A stretch of DNA of 25,404 nucleotides, taken from a virus (taxonomy: Duplodnaviria; Caudoviricetes). Position numbers and translations under genes: made by a program. The notes beneath the pieces are model-generated. The model was not told the DNA's origin. It was given only the letters and a program-made list of their open reading frames with translations, and ran no database searches. Location of the stretch: positions 1 through 25,404 of IMG/VR virus record IMGVR_UViG_3300020185_000239. One strand, 5' to 3'. This document shows, piece by piece, positions 1 through 8,432 of this stretch (position 1 is its first letter; every line of letters begins with the position of its first letter).

Positions 1-1131
1 GTCTACGGACATCTAAAGAGATCAGATAAGAAGATAGTAGTGGAACAGGGTGGTACTCGCTCTGGAAAGACATACAACATCCTCTTATGGATTATCTTTC
101 ATTATTGTGGGAAGAATGTAGGTAAGACTATTACAATCGCTAGAAAGACCTTTCCTGCAGTTCGCTCCTCAGTTATGAGGGACTTCTTAGATATCCTAAA
201 AGGATCAGATCTCTATAGAGAAGAGAATCATAATAAGTCCAATTCAGAATACATCCTCAATGGGAATCTCGTAGAGTTCATATCTATGGATCAGCCTCAG
301 AAGATCAGAGGTAGAAAGAGAGATCTCGCCTTCTTAAATGAGGCTAACGAATTGACCTTTGAAGACTGGCAACAAATCGTATTCCGTACCAACGGAAGAA
401 TCATACTTGATTACAATCCTTCAGATACTTTCCATTGGATCTATGATAGGGTAATACCAAGAGATGATGCAGCATTCTATCAAACCACCTACAGAGACAA
501 TCCATTCCTAGATCAAACTATCGTAGATGAGATAGAGCGATTAAGGGAAACAGATGAGCATTATTGGAGAGTCTATGGATTAGGGGAGAGAGGAACGAAT
601 AGAGCGCAAGTATTCCAATTCACCACTATCCAGCAGATTCCTGCTTCTGCGAAGTTTCTATCTTATGGGCTTGACTTTGGATTTACTAATGATCCTTCTG
701 CATTGGTTGGATGTTATCAAGATGGGAACAACCTATATTTTCAGGAGATGATCTATTCTACGAATCTCACTAATCAGGATCTGAATAGAGAATTCCAGAA
801 GTTAGAGATAGGGAGGTATGATGAGATATTCGGAGATTCTGCAGAACCTAAATCAATTGAGGAACTCCACAGGATGGGATGGAACATTAAGCCAACGGCT
901 AAGGGATCAGATTCAGTCAATGCAGGGATAGATATGCTGAAGAGATTTAAGATCCATATCATAGGTTCTAACCTCATGAAGGAGATGGAGAATTATAAGT
1001 GGATGGAGGATAAGAATGGTAACCTCCTGAATAAGCCAGAGGATAAATACAATCACTTGATAGATGCTATCAGGTATGGAGTATATAACAAACTAAGCAA
1101 ACCTAACTATGGGAGATACGCAATCCGTTAG
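1..1131 (+). CDS. terL: Terminase large subunit, PBSX/Terminase_3 type (5'-partial; frame open from base 1)
   Basis: Walker A EQGGTRSGKT, Walker B-like LAFLNEANE, coupling motif DYNP, RNase H-like nuclease motifs GLDFGFTNDP and NHLIDAIRY. No stop upstream of the GTG at 40, so the true start is probably outside the window. Confidence 0.95.
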   Translation, partial: VYGHLKRSDKKIVVEQGGTRSGKTYNILLWIIFHYCGKNVGKTITIARKTFPAVRSSVMRDFLDILKGSDLYREENHNKSNSEYILNGNLVEFISMDQPQKIRGRKRDLAFLNEANELTFEDWQQIVFRTNGRIILDYNPSDTFHWIYDRVIPRDDAAFYQTTYRDNPFLDQTIVDEIERLRETDEHYWRVYGLGERGTNRAQVFQFTTIQQIPASAKFLSYGLDFGFTNDPSALVGCYQDGNNLYFQEMIYSTNLTNQDLNREFQKLEIGRYDEIFGDSAEPKSIEELHRMGWNIKPTAKGSDSVNAGIDMLKRFKIHIIGSNLMKEMENYKWMEDKNGNLLNKPEDKYNHLIDAIRYGVYNKLSKPNYGRYAIR

Positions 1132-1759
1132 CATAGAGATTCCAGAGAATCTATCAGATATAAAACTATCAGCATACAAGAAGTTCATCCTTATGGCTAA
1201 TGAGGAGAATGGTGATGAGATAGCCTTGTATCAGTTCTGTGGCTTGACTCCTAGTCAGCAGGAAGCGATGAAGAAGAAAGACCTTGATGAGATCAGAAAT
1301 CAGATAGGTATCGTATTGGCTGAAAAGCCTAACCTAGTAAAGACATTCACATTCAAGGGTAAGGAGTATGGATTTCATCCTAAGATAGAAGATATCTCTA
1401 TGGGAGAGTATATTGATCTAGATACCTACCTACAAGAGCCATATAAGAACGCTGAGAGGATATTAGGAGTGTTATATAGACCTATTACTAAGAAGATGTT
1501 TGGAAGGCATAGCATTGAGAATTATGATCCAGAGTCCCATAATGGGAATGGGTTTGAGGATCTAAGTGCTGATATCTTTATGGGGTGTCTGCTTTTTTTT
1601 TATCGTATCGCCACCAACTTACAGATAACTTTCCTACAATCTTTGGAGAAGGAGGAGAAGAAGGATATGATGCACAATCCAACTTCTCTAGAAAGTGGGG
1701 ATGGTATGGAGCAGTACATCAGATTGCTAAAGGAGATCTCCTACAATTTGAGAAAGTAA
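1109..1759 (+). CDS. Putative tail assembly chaperone (gpG-like), zero-frame product
   Basis: 216-aa ORF with a 9-T slippery run at 1593-1601 (LLFFY) and an overlapping -1 ORF, matching the G/GT chaperone arrangement of long-tailed phages. Confidence 0.65.
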   Translation: MGDTQSVSIEIPENLSDIKLSAYKKFILMANEENGDEIALYQFCGLTPSQQEAMKKKDLDEIRNQIGIVLAEKPNLVKTFTFKGKEYGFHPKIEDISMGEYIDLDTYLQEPYKNAERILGVLYRPITKKMFGRHSIENYDPESHNGNGFEDLSADIFMGCLLFFYRIATNLQITFLQSLEKEEKKDMMHNPTSLESGDGMEQYIRLLKEISYNLRK

Positions 1760-1854
1760 CGGAGTTACCTCTAAGAACTGCACTCACATATCTGGAGTAT
1801 GAGATAGATAAGAATGAGGTTGAGAAATCTATCATGAAAAAAAATCAACATTAG
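1593..1854 (+). CDS. -1 frameshift extension (gpGT-like C-terminal part; fused product about 248 aa from 1109)
   Basis: ORF 1585..1854 is in the -1 frame relative to 1109 and opens just before CTTTTTTTTTA. It encodes a protein-like RKWGWY...LTYLEYE segment and has only a weak GTG start. Confidence 0.65.
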
Positions 1855-1855
1855 A

Positions 1856-1911
1856 TTAGGTTATTAAAAAAGATTTATCATATCTTTGAGTATCAAACAA
1901 AGAGAGAGAAA
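1856..1911 (+). promoter_or_regulatory. Bacteroidota sigma-A type promoter P1 plus AGAGAG leader
   Basis: -7 box TATCTTTG at 1881-1888 (consensus TAnnTTTG) and a weak -33 TTAG at 1856-1859, followed by AGTATCAAACAAAGAGAGAGAAAATG. Confidence 0.75.
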
Positions 1912-2175
1912 ATGGACTACACAAAACAACAAATCTTAGACTTCGCAACAGAGAGAAATCTTAAAGTAGAAATGAGAGATGCTAACTACGATGAGATCTA
2001 TGATATCTACACACCTGCTAAAGTAGGTATTGAATTAAACTGCAATACTTGGGCATGGTTCACAGGATTTAGCTGCGGTGATTATGTTTACGACCATCAC
2101 TACTTCTGCGCAACAGGAGCAAAGCAGAGCCGCAGAACTTGGTTAACTCGTGAGTTTTTAGGATTAGATTTTTAA
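1912..2175 (+). CDS. Hypothetical early accessory protein (87 aa)
   Basis: ORF directly downstream of P1; no recognisable domain. Confidence 0.7.
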   Translation: MDYTKQQILDFATERNLKVEMRDANYDEIYDIYTPAKVGIELNCNTWAWFTGFSCGDYVYDHHYFCATGAKQSRRTWLTREFLGLDF

Positions 2176-2183
2176 TAACAGAA

Positions 2184-2201
2184 GGGAGGGGAAACCCTCC
2201 C
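2184..2201 (+). repeat. GC-rich hairpin GGGAGGG-GAAA-CCCTCCC (copy 1)
   Basis: Perfect 7-bp stem with a GNRA loop and no U-tract; a near-identical element lies at 23590-23607. Confidence 0.85.
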
Positions 2202-2220
2202 AATTATAAATACAAGAGAG

Positions 2221-2430
2221 ATGAATTTATACGACAAGTTAAGCCCAGAGGCTTTAAAAGTATTAGATCAGGAGATGATCAAGTTTCCTTATTCAACGAA
2301 GGCATTAATCACAGGATTAAAGGAGAACAGATACTGCTTAGATCTTACATTGAACCAATGTCATAGAGTAGCAGCAGTATTCGGTTTTGAATGCACATTG
2401 ACTAACATCATAAACTTCTTTGAGTCATGA
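2221..2430 (+). CDS. Hypothetical early protein (69 aa)
   Basis: ORF preceded by AAGAGAG immediately before the ATG. Confidence 0.7.
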   Translation: MNLYDKLSPEALKVLDQEMIKFPYSTKALITGLKENRYCLDLTLNQCHRVAAVFGFECTLTNIINFFES

Positions 2431-2567
2431 GTTACTTAGATTGGGAATTAGAAAGCTATCAGAATTATCACGATAGCACTTGTAGTGTCTGCGGAGAATC
2501 TAAAGATCCTGATTACTACGATTGCAGATGTAGGGATGAGGATGATGATGAGCATTTAGGCATCTAG
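2427..2567 (+). CDS. Small acidic Cys-rich (zinc-ribbon-like) protein, 46 aa, not in the ORF track
   Basis: ATGA overlap with the upstream stop; MSYLDWELESYQNYHDSTCSVCGESKDPDYYDCRCRDEDDDEHLGI carries CxxC...CxC. Confidence 0.65.
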   Translation: MSYLDWELESYQNYHDSTCSVCGESKDPDYYDCRCRDEDDDEHLGI

Positions 2568-2593
2568 TGGTGGTTCGCTAGATTGGTTTGGTT

Positions 2594-2626
2594 GAGGAGG
2601 TCTGTGGTGGATCTCCTCTTTTTTTT
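2594..2626 (+). terminator. Rho-independent terminator closing accessory cassette 1
   Basis: GAGGAGGTC-TGTGGTG-GATCTCCTC stem followed by an 8-T run. Confidence 0.85.
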
Positions 2627-2644
2627 ATCCCTATTTTAGCGAAT

Positions 2645-2658
2645 AGGGTTTTTTAATT
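2645..2658 (+). promoter_or_regulatory. Candidate phage late promoter (variant AGGGTTTTTTAATT)
   Basis: Variant of the TGGGTTTTATAATT repeat, lying between a terminator and the ATG at 2661. Confidence 0.55.
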
Positions 2659-2660
2659 AT

Positions 2661-3116
2661 ATGAAGAAGGGATACTATCAAATAACAGAAGCACTTGAGA
2701 GTGCTGCATCAGCAAATGATCAGATCAACCAAGTAACTTGGGGAGATATCTTTGATCTAGATTTCAGGAAGCAGGATATGTTTCCTATCGCTCATGTAAT
2801 GACAGGAACGGCAACTCTAGGAGAGAGAACCATTACTTATGAGTTTGATCTTCTGGTAATGGATATCGTAGATTATAGCAAAGAGACTAAGGATCTGTAT
2901 GAGGGGAATATGATGAAGCAGGATATCTATCATAGGACTCTTTCAGCAATATCTGAGATATTAGCCACCTTCAGGAGAGGGGATCAGTATGATGCCTACT
3001 TCAGATTGATTAATGATCCTGTTGCAGAGCCTTTTGATGAGGAGATGGAATCTAACATCTGTGGATGGAAAGCAACACTCCAGATAGAAGCAATCAATCC
3101 TAACAACATCTGCTAG
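2661..3116 (+). CDS. Putative tail terminator / tail completion protein
   Basis: 151 aa with an N-terminal helix, an FPIAHV strand and a C-terminal GWKATLQI strand, typical of gpU/gp17-like terminators; structural context. Confidence 0.55.
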   Translation: MKKGYYQITEALESAASANDQINQVTWGDIFDLDFRKQDMFPIAHVMTGTATLGERTITYEFDLLVMDIVDYSKETKDLYEGNMMKQDIYHRTLSAISEILATFRRGDQYDAYFRLINDPVAEPFDEEMESNICGWKATLQIEAINPNNIC

Positions 3117-3614
3117 ATGAAGGGAGAGAATACAAAGAAGGCATTAGATAAGTTCGGTAAGTATCTTGTTAAGGAGTCTAGAAAGAACCTTACGAGAAAG
3201 AAGAAGAATGTAACTAATAGCCTCTATGAATCTCTGGACTTTGATGTGAAGGCTATGCCGAACTCTTTTGAGTTTGATTTCCTGATGAATGAATATGGTG
3301 AGTGGGTAGATAAGGGAAGGAAGGCAGGAAAGAATCCACCATTCTCACCACTAAGGAAATGGGTACAGGATCGTAGGATTCAGTTTAGAAGCAATAAGGG
3401 GAAATTCCAGAGTTATGACCAAACGGCTTGGGCGATAGTTAAGAGCATTGGTAAGAAGGGAATCCCTGCATCTAACTTCTACTCTAGACCATTTAACTTA
3501 GGATATGCTAAACTCCCTAATGAGATAGTAGAGGCATATGCTCTAGATGTAGAGGATTTTCTAGAGTTTACAATAGACAAATTAAACGAGCAGTATAAAG
3601 ATGGCGGTAATTAG
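3117..3614 (+). CDS. Putative neck/tail completion protein (HK97 gp10-like)
   Basis: Basic 165-aa protein with T-x-x-L-x-x-S, YGEWVDKGRK, PP...W and KGIPASNF motifs. Confidence 0.55.
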   Translation: MKGENTKKALDKFGKYLVKESRKNLTRKKKNVTNSLYESLDFDVKAMPNSFEFDFLMNEYGEWVDKGRKAGKNPPFSPLRKWVQDRRIQFRSNKGKFQSYDQTAWAIVKSIGKKGIPASNFYSRPFNLGYAKLPNEIVEAYALDVEDFLEFTIDKLNEQYKDGGN

Positions 3615-4833
3615 CCCAACAGGATTATTAGGAACGAGATCACCTATTCTCATTACTTGGAATGGTACAGGTAGTTCAGCAAGTGATATCTATTATTTTA
3701 AGTTAGAGATCTATGCTTGGACAGGAGATAAGGATGTGCGACCTGCATCTCCTACTTACACGATAGATAGAACATCAGGATTTGTAGATGCATTTCCAAC
3801 TGCTGATATCGCTCCTATCTTAGAGAATGAATTCAATCAGCGAGTAAGTAAGTTAGATACAAGTGATCTAGTAACGATGTCTCCAGATGCTCTACTATGG
3901 GTAGAGGTAGATTATGATATTGAGTATTTTGATGATCCTAATGTCGTAAATGATACAGGCACTACAACTCGCTTCTTAGTTACAGATGGATATAGTAAGT
4001 TCACTGATGGCTCAAATAAGGATCTAGGACAGGCTATCTTGATTGAAGATCAGGATAAGTATTTCTATGAGTTTGATACTTACAATATGCCTATCTACTT
4101 AGGTGATGTAGGCAGTAGCTATCAGACTGATGTAGTAAAGATTAAGCTAGTAGGATCTGATGCTTCTAATGATACGATAGTAGTAAGTAATCAGACAGGA
4201 GAGGATGCAGAAGATAGAGTTCTGTTGTTCCCTGTAGGGATACCTAACCTATCTAACTACATATTTACAGAAGGCTTAGGTTTAGCAGAGCCACGCTTGT
4301 TAGATTGGTGGGATGTGCAGATATTAGACTCTAGTGATGCAGTAGTAGATAGTAGAAGATTCTACAATCAATGTGAACCTAAGTATACTCCTATTCAACT
4401 GCAGTACATTAACAGATATGGAATGTGGGATACAATGACCTTCTTTAAGAGGTCAGATACTGATTTAGATGTAAGTAAGGAGAGTTACAGATCAGTGATA
4501 GGTTCAGCATCAGCATCTGGATATACTTGGGGAACTCAAGCAAGAGGAATCAGATCCTATAATGAGGAGATGAGTAAGAAGATCACGATGAATACAGGAT
4601 TCATTGAGGAGGTATCTAATGAGAATATAGAGCAGTTATTGATGAGTCCTTATGTATTGATGACTATCAATAGAGCGACTACAAGAATTCAGGATACTTA
4701 CACGATATCTCAAGACTTTAGAGCGGTGAATGTGTTAACGGATTCATTAAGACTCCAGAAGCATATCAATGAGAAGACTATCAATTACACAATACAGGTA
4801 GAGTTTGCAACACCTGATAATGCAATGCTATGA
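3601..4833 (+). CDS. Putative tail tip / distal tail structural protein (410 aa)
   Basis: Beta-rich, with a C-terminal YINRYGMWD...F and MNTGF...LLMSP segment; lies in the tail operon. Confidence 0.55.
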   Translation: MAVISPTGLLGTRSPILITWNGTGSSASDIYYFKLEIYAWTGDKDVRPASPTYTIDRTSGFVDAFPTADIAPILENEFNQRVSKLDTSDLVTMSPDALLWVEVDYDIEYFDDPNVVNDTGTTTRFLVTDGYSKFTDGSNKDLGQAILIEDQDKYFYEFDTYNMPIYLGDVGSSYQTDVVKIKLVGSDASNDTIVVSNQTGEDAEDRVLLFPVGIPNLSNYIFTEGLGLAEPRLLDWWDVQILDSSDAVVDSRRFYNQCEPKYTPIQLQYINRYGMWDTMTFFKRSDTDLDVSKESYRSVIGSASASGYTWGTQARGIRSYNEEMSKKITMNTGFIEEVSNENIEQLLMSPYVLMTINRATTRIQDTYTISQDFRAVNVLTDSLRLQKHINEKTINYTIQVEFATPDNAML

Positions 4834-6824
4834 TAGAGATCTATATAGGATCAGAGAGAATAGATACCTTTAAGGATGAGGATGTAAATATCAAGTTGAG
4901 CCTTCAGAATGTGAAGGACATCAGCAGACTATTCACTGATTACACTCAGAACTTTCAAGTACCTGCCTCTAGGCAGAATAACGATGTATTTAAGCATTAC
5001 TATAATGCTGATATCTCTGGAGGCTTTAATGCCTCATTGAGACAAGATGCTACAATCTTTGTGGATAAGGAACTCTTCAGAGAGGGAAGTATTGAGTTGA
5101 TCTCTGTAGATATGAAGAATGGTAAGCCTTCTGCTTATGAGGTCGTGTTCTTTAGTGCAGGAGTCAATCTCAAAGATTTATTCGGTGAGGATGAATTAAC
5201 GGATCTTGATTTATCAGCATATGATCATGCCTATGATGGTGCAGTGATTAGAGGAGCAATGGAGGGAACTACTCCTCTTCATTCTGGGAATGTTATCTAC
5301 CCACTGATATCTCCTGTTACAGATTGGGTTTTTGATAGTGCCTCTAGTTCTCATGATGATGGTGATATCGCATATCATACGACAAACGACACTCATGGAT
5401 TGAATTACTATGAGTTGAAACCTGCTATCAGGATCAGCAAGTTGATAGATGCGATAGAGGCGAAGTATGGAATCACATTCACATCTACCTTCTTTGCAGA
5501 TAGAAAGTTTACGGACCTATTCCTATGGGGACATAGAAGAGAGGGATATATGTTCTTCGGTCAGGAGAATGGATTTACGGCTCAGAAGATTGATTTCACT
5601 TCTACTACAGGATCAGGATTTGATACGACATTAGATGTCGCTACTATTCCTTCAACATATGATAGATTCCTATGGTATTATAGTATCAATTCAACTCGCT
5701 CTTATCAGGTCCACTTCTATATCAATGGAGTCTACTATACAAGTAGATCACACACAGGGAATGTGGTAGATGAGGATGTATATTTCTCAGGATTACAGAC
5801 AGGCGATAAGATACAGATGCGATTCTCACCACCTACGAATTGGGATGGAGCAGGAGTCAGTCTTACTTCTGTAAGTATCTCAGGAAGGGAATTCACGAAT
5901 CCTGCTAATATCTATTGGACTGCGGCAACATCAGCAACACAATCCTTCTCGTTAGATGTAGTGATGAGTGATCAGATGCCTGAGCAGAAGGTCTATGATT
6001 TCATGATAGGGCTTGTGAAGATGTTCAATCTAGTGATTGAGCCTACAAGTAGAACAAAGTTCATCATAGAACCTCTAGATGATTGGTATGCTTTAGGATC
6101 TAACTATGATATTTCAGAGTATGTAGATATATCTTCACAGAAGATAGAAAGACCAGAACTCTATAGAAGGATCTCATTCAACTATCAGGAATCGGGTTCA
6201 TACCTAGAAGAGGCATATCGCAATGCTAATGGAGGGATAGGATATGGAGATCTTAGAGCGGACTTTACATTTGATGGTGGAGAGTTAAAGACAGAATCTA
6301 CTTTTGAATTAATGAAGTATCAGAAGTTAGATGATCCTAGTAATGGAGTAACTAATTTCCTTGTAGGAAAGAGTATTGATAAGGAAGGAGATCCATATAT
6401 CGGAGAGCCTGTTATCTTCTACTCACCTTCTACTTTAAACATCACTTCTTACCCTATTGGATTCTTAGATGAGAGTGGTTTAACCACATCTCCTAGTAAT
6501 CAAGTGTACTTATGTGGAAACATTAATAACAGAGTTGCAGCGAGTGTAACACAAATGCTAACCTATGGACTTGAAGTTGATCCTCTTCATGAGCAGAGTT
6601 TCGTGCAGACCTTATACAATCAATTCTGGGAAGATTATATCACTGATCTCTACTCAACTAGCAGGAGGATATATCAGATGAAGGCAATACTACCTTTTAG
6701 TGTCTCTTCTCAGTTGAGGATGAATGATAAGTTAGATATCAATGGAAGGAGATATGTTATTAATGAGATCCAGATAAACCTGAGAACTCAGGAGGCTACT
6801 TTGGAACTTCTAAACGATGTGTGA
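4830..6824 (+). CDS. Putative tail hub / baseplate-like structural protein (664 aa)
   Basis: N-terminal DIS...YTQNFQVPAS..NN..F, central beta-rich insert, then KMFNL and C-terminal INGRRYVINEI; ATGA overlap with the previous gene. Confidence 0.6.
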   Translation: MIEIYIGSERIDTFKDEDVNIKLSLQNVKDISRLFTDYTQNFQVPASRQNNDVFKHYYNADISGGFNASLRQDATIFVDKELFREGSIELISVDMKNGKPSAYEVVFFSAGVNLKDLFGEDELTDLDLSAYDHAYDGAVIRGAMEGTTPLHSGNVIYPLISPVTDWVFDSASSSHDDGDIAYHTTNDTHGLNYYELKPAIRISKLIDAIEAKYGITFTSTFFADRKFTDLFLWGHRREGYMFFGQENGFTAQKIDFTSTTGSGFDTTLDVATIPSTYDRFLWYYSINSTRSYQVHFYINGVYYTSRSHTGNVVDEDVYFSGLQTGDKIQMRFSPPTNWDGAGVSLTSVSISGREFTNPANIYWTAATSATQSFSLDVVMSDQMPEQKVYDFMIGLVKMFNLVIEPTSRTKFIIEPLDDWYALGSNYDISEYVDISSQKIERPELYRRISFNYQESGSYLEEAYRNANGGIGYGDLRADFTFDGGELKTESTFELMKYQKLDDPSNGVTNFLVGKSIDKEGDPYIGEPVIFYSPSTLNITSYPIGFLDESGLTTSPSNQVYLCGNINNRVAASVTQMLTYGLEVDPLHEQSFVQTLYNQFWEDYITDLYSTSRRIYQMKAILPFSVSSQLRMNDKLDINGRRYVINEIQINLRTQEATLELLNDV

Positions 6825-6967
6825 TGCACTTGGGTTTTATAATTGAGCAACTTCAGAAAGTAGAAGCTACAGATCAGGATTTGATGATAGCTAAAGGAGA
6901 ATGGAAGATTCTCACTAAGTGGAGCGAAGCTAAAGAACAAATTAGATGGCGGTTAAGAAAGAAATAG
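6824..6967 (+). CDS. Small hypothetical protein (47 aa), not in the ORF track
   Basis: TGATG coupling to the upstream gene; MHLGFIIEQLQKVEATDQDLMIAKGEWKILTKWSEAKEQIRWRLRKK fills the gap up to the tape measure gene. Confidence 0.55.
   Translation: MHLGFIIEQLQKVEATDQDLMIAKGEWKILTKWSEAKEQIRWRLRKK
6831..6844 (+). promoter_or_regulatory. Candidate late promoter TGGGTTTTATAATT (exact copy 1)
   Basis: Identical 14-mer at 6831, 11716 and 14353. This copy lies inside a small ORF upstream of the tape measure gene. Confidence 0.45.
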
Positions 6968-8430
6968 AGATCAATGTAAATACTAGCAAGGCTGAGAAGA
7001 ATGTAGATAACCTTGAAGGGGGATTATCTGGATTATCTGCTCAAGCAGACAAACTCACAGGAGGGTTAGTATCAGGCTTCAAGAAGGGAGTTGCAGGAAT
7101 CAAGCAGGGAATCACTGCTATGAAGTCTCTTAGAGTCGCTATTGCAGCGACAGGGATAGGCGCACTGCTCATTGCAGTTACTTCTTTAGTGTCTTACTTC
7201 ACTAAGACTCAGAGAGGGGCTGACAAGCTATCTCAGGCAATGGAGGGTATTGGTGCAGTAGTTGATGTATTGATAGATAGATTCTCAACCTTTGGAGAGG
7301 GCATCTTCGCCATATTCTCTGGAGACTTTGCTAAGGGTGTAGATATCCTCAAGGGTACATTCAAGGGATTAGGTCAAGAGATTAGAGAGGAAGCAAAAGC
7401 AGCCATTGAATTAGAGAAAGCCTTTCAGGCTCTACAGGATCGTGAGATAGCAATGATTGAGACTCGTGCGGAGCGCAGAGCATCTATTGAGGCATTGAGA
7501 CTTGTAGCAGCAGATGAAACTAAAGACCTCGCAGCAAGAGCCAACGCACTAAAGGAAGCTATGGATCTTGAGAAGCAGTTAGCGGATGAAGAGATAGAGA
7601 TAGCTAAGGAGAGAGCGAGAATCATTAAGGAGCGTAATGCTCTAGGGGAATCTACGAGGGAGGATATCCAAGCAGAGGCAGAGGCTAATGCTCGTGTGAT
7701 TGAATTGAATGCTCAGAGAGATACGAGACTTAAGGAATTGGTTGCTACTTATAACTCCTTAAATAAGCAACATCAGGAGCAGATAAGACTGCTCAGAGAA
7801 GAGGAGAGTGCGCAGGTATCTCTTAATGCTAAGACTATAGATAGCAAGAAGTTTGCAGTAGATAATGAGTTGCAGATGCATCAGATGCTGAGAACGAATA
7901 TGGCTATGATAGATCAGCAGTATGCGAATCAGGCGGATCAGATCAGAAAGGACTCATTAAAGAAAACCAGAGAGCAGAAGATGGCGGAGTTGAGTATCGT
8001 AGCAGGTACTCTAGGATCATTAAGTCAGTTAGCAGGAGAGAATGCTCAAGCAGGAAAAGCACTAAGTGCTGCAGAGGCTATCATCAATACTTATACAGGG
8101 GCTACGAAGGCACTTGCTCAAGGTGGTATATTTGGTGCGGTAGCGGCAGCAGGAGTTGTAGCTTCAGGTATTGCATCAGTAAGACAGATCTATGCTACTC
8201 CTGTTCCTACTCCTTCAGGAGGTAGTGTTAGTGGAGGTGGCACAAGACCACAGATATCAGCACCTGCAATCACTCCTAGATTATCATTGAACACTCAGGT
8301 ATCTGATCTAGGGAATCAGATTACAGAGTCATTAAGTAAGACTCCTGTGAGAGCATATGTAGTGAATCAAGATGTGCAGACTGCTGCGAAGATGGATAGA
8401 AAGATTAGAGAAACGGCAACAATAGGATAG
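6946..8430 (+). CDS. Tape measure protein (short, 494 aa)
   Basis: Ala/Gly-rich hydrophobic segment (IAATGIGALLIAV), long E/K/A-rich coiled coil, second hydrophobic block, C-terminal VRAYVV motif. Confidence 0.8.
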   Translation: MAVKKEIEINVNTSKAEKNVDNLEGGLSGLSAQADKLTGGLVSGFKKGVAGIKQGITAMKSLRVAIAATGIGALLIAVTSLVSYFTKTQRGADKLSQAMEGIGAVVDVLIDRFSTFGEGIFAIFSGDFAKGVDILKGTFKGLGQEIREEAKAAIELEKAFQALQDREIAMIETRAERRASIEALRLVAADETKDLAARANALKEAMDLEKQLADEEIEIAKERARIIKERNALGESTREDIQAEAEANARVIELNAQRDTRLKELVATYNSLNKQHQEQIRLLREEESAQVSLNAKTIDSKKFAVDNELQMHQMLRTNMAMIDQQYANQADQIRKDSLKKTREQKMAELSIVAGTLGSLSQLAGENAQAGKALSAAEAIINTYTGATKALAQGGIFGAVAAAGVVASGIASVRQIYATPVPTPSGGSVSGGGTRPQISAPAITPRLSLNTQVSDLGNQITESLSKTPVRAYVVNQDVQTAAKMDRKIRETATIG

Positions 8431-8432
8431 AT

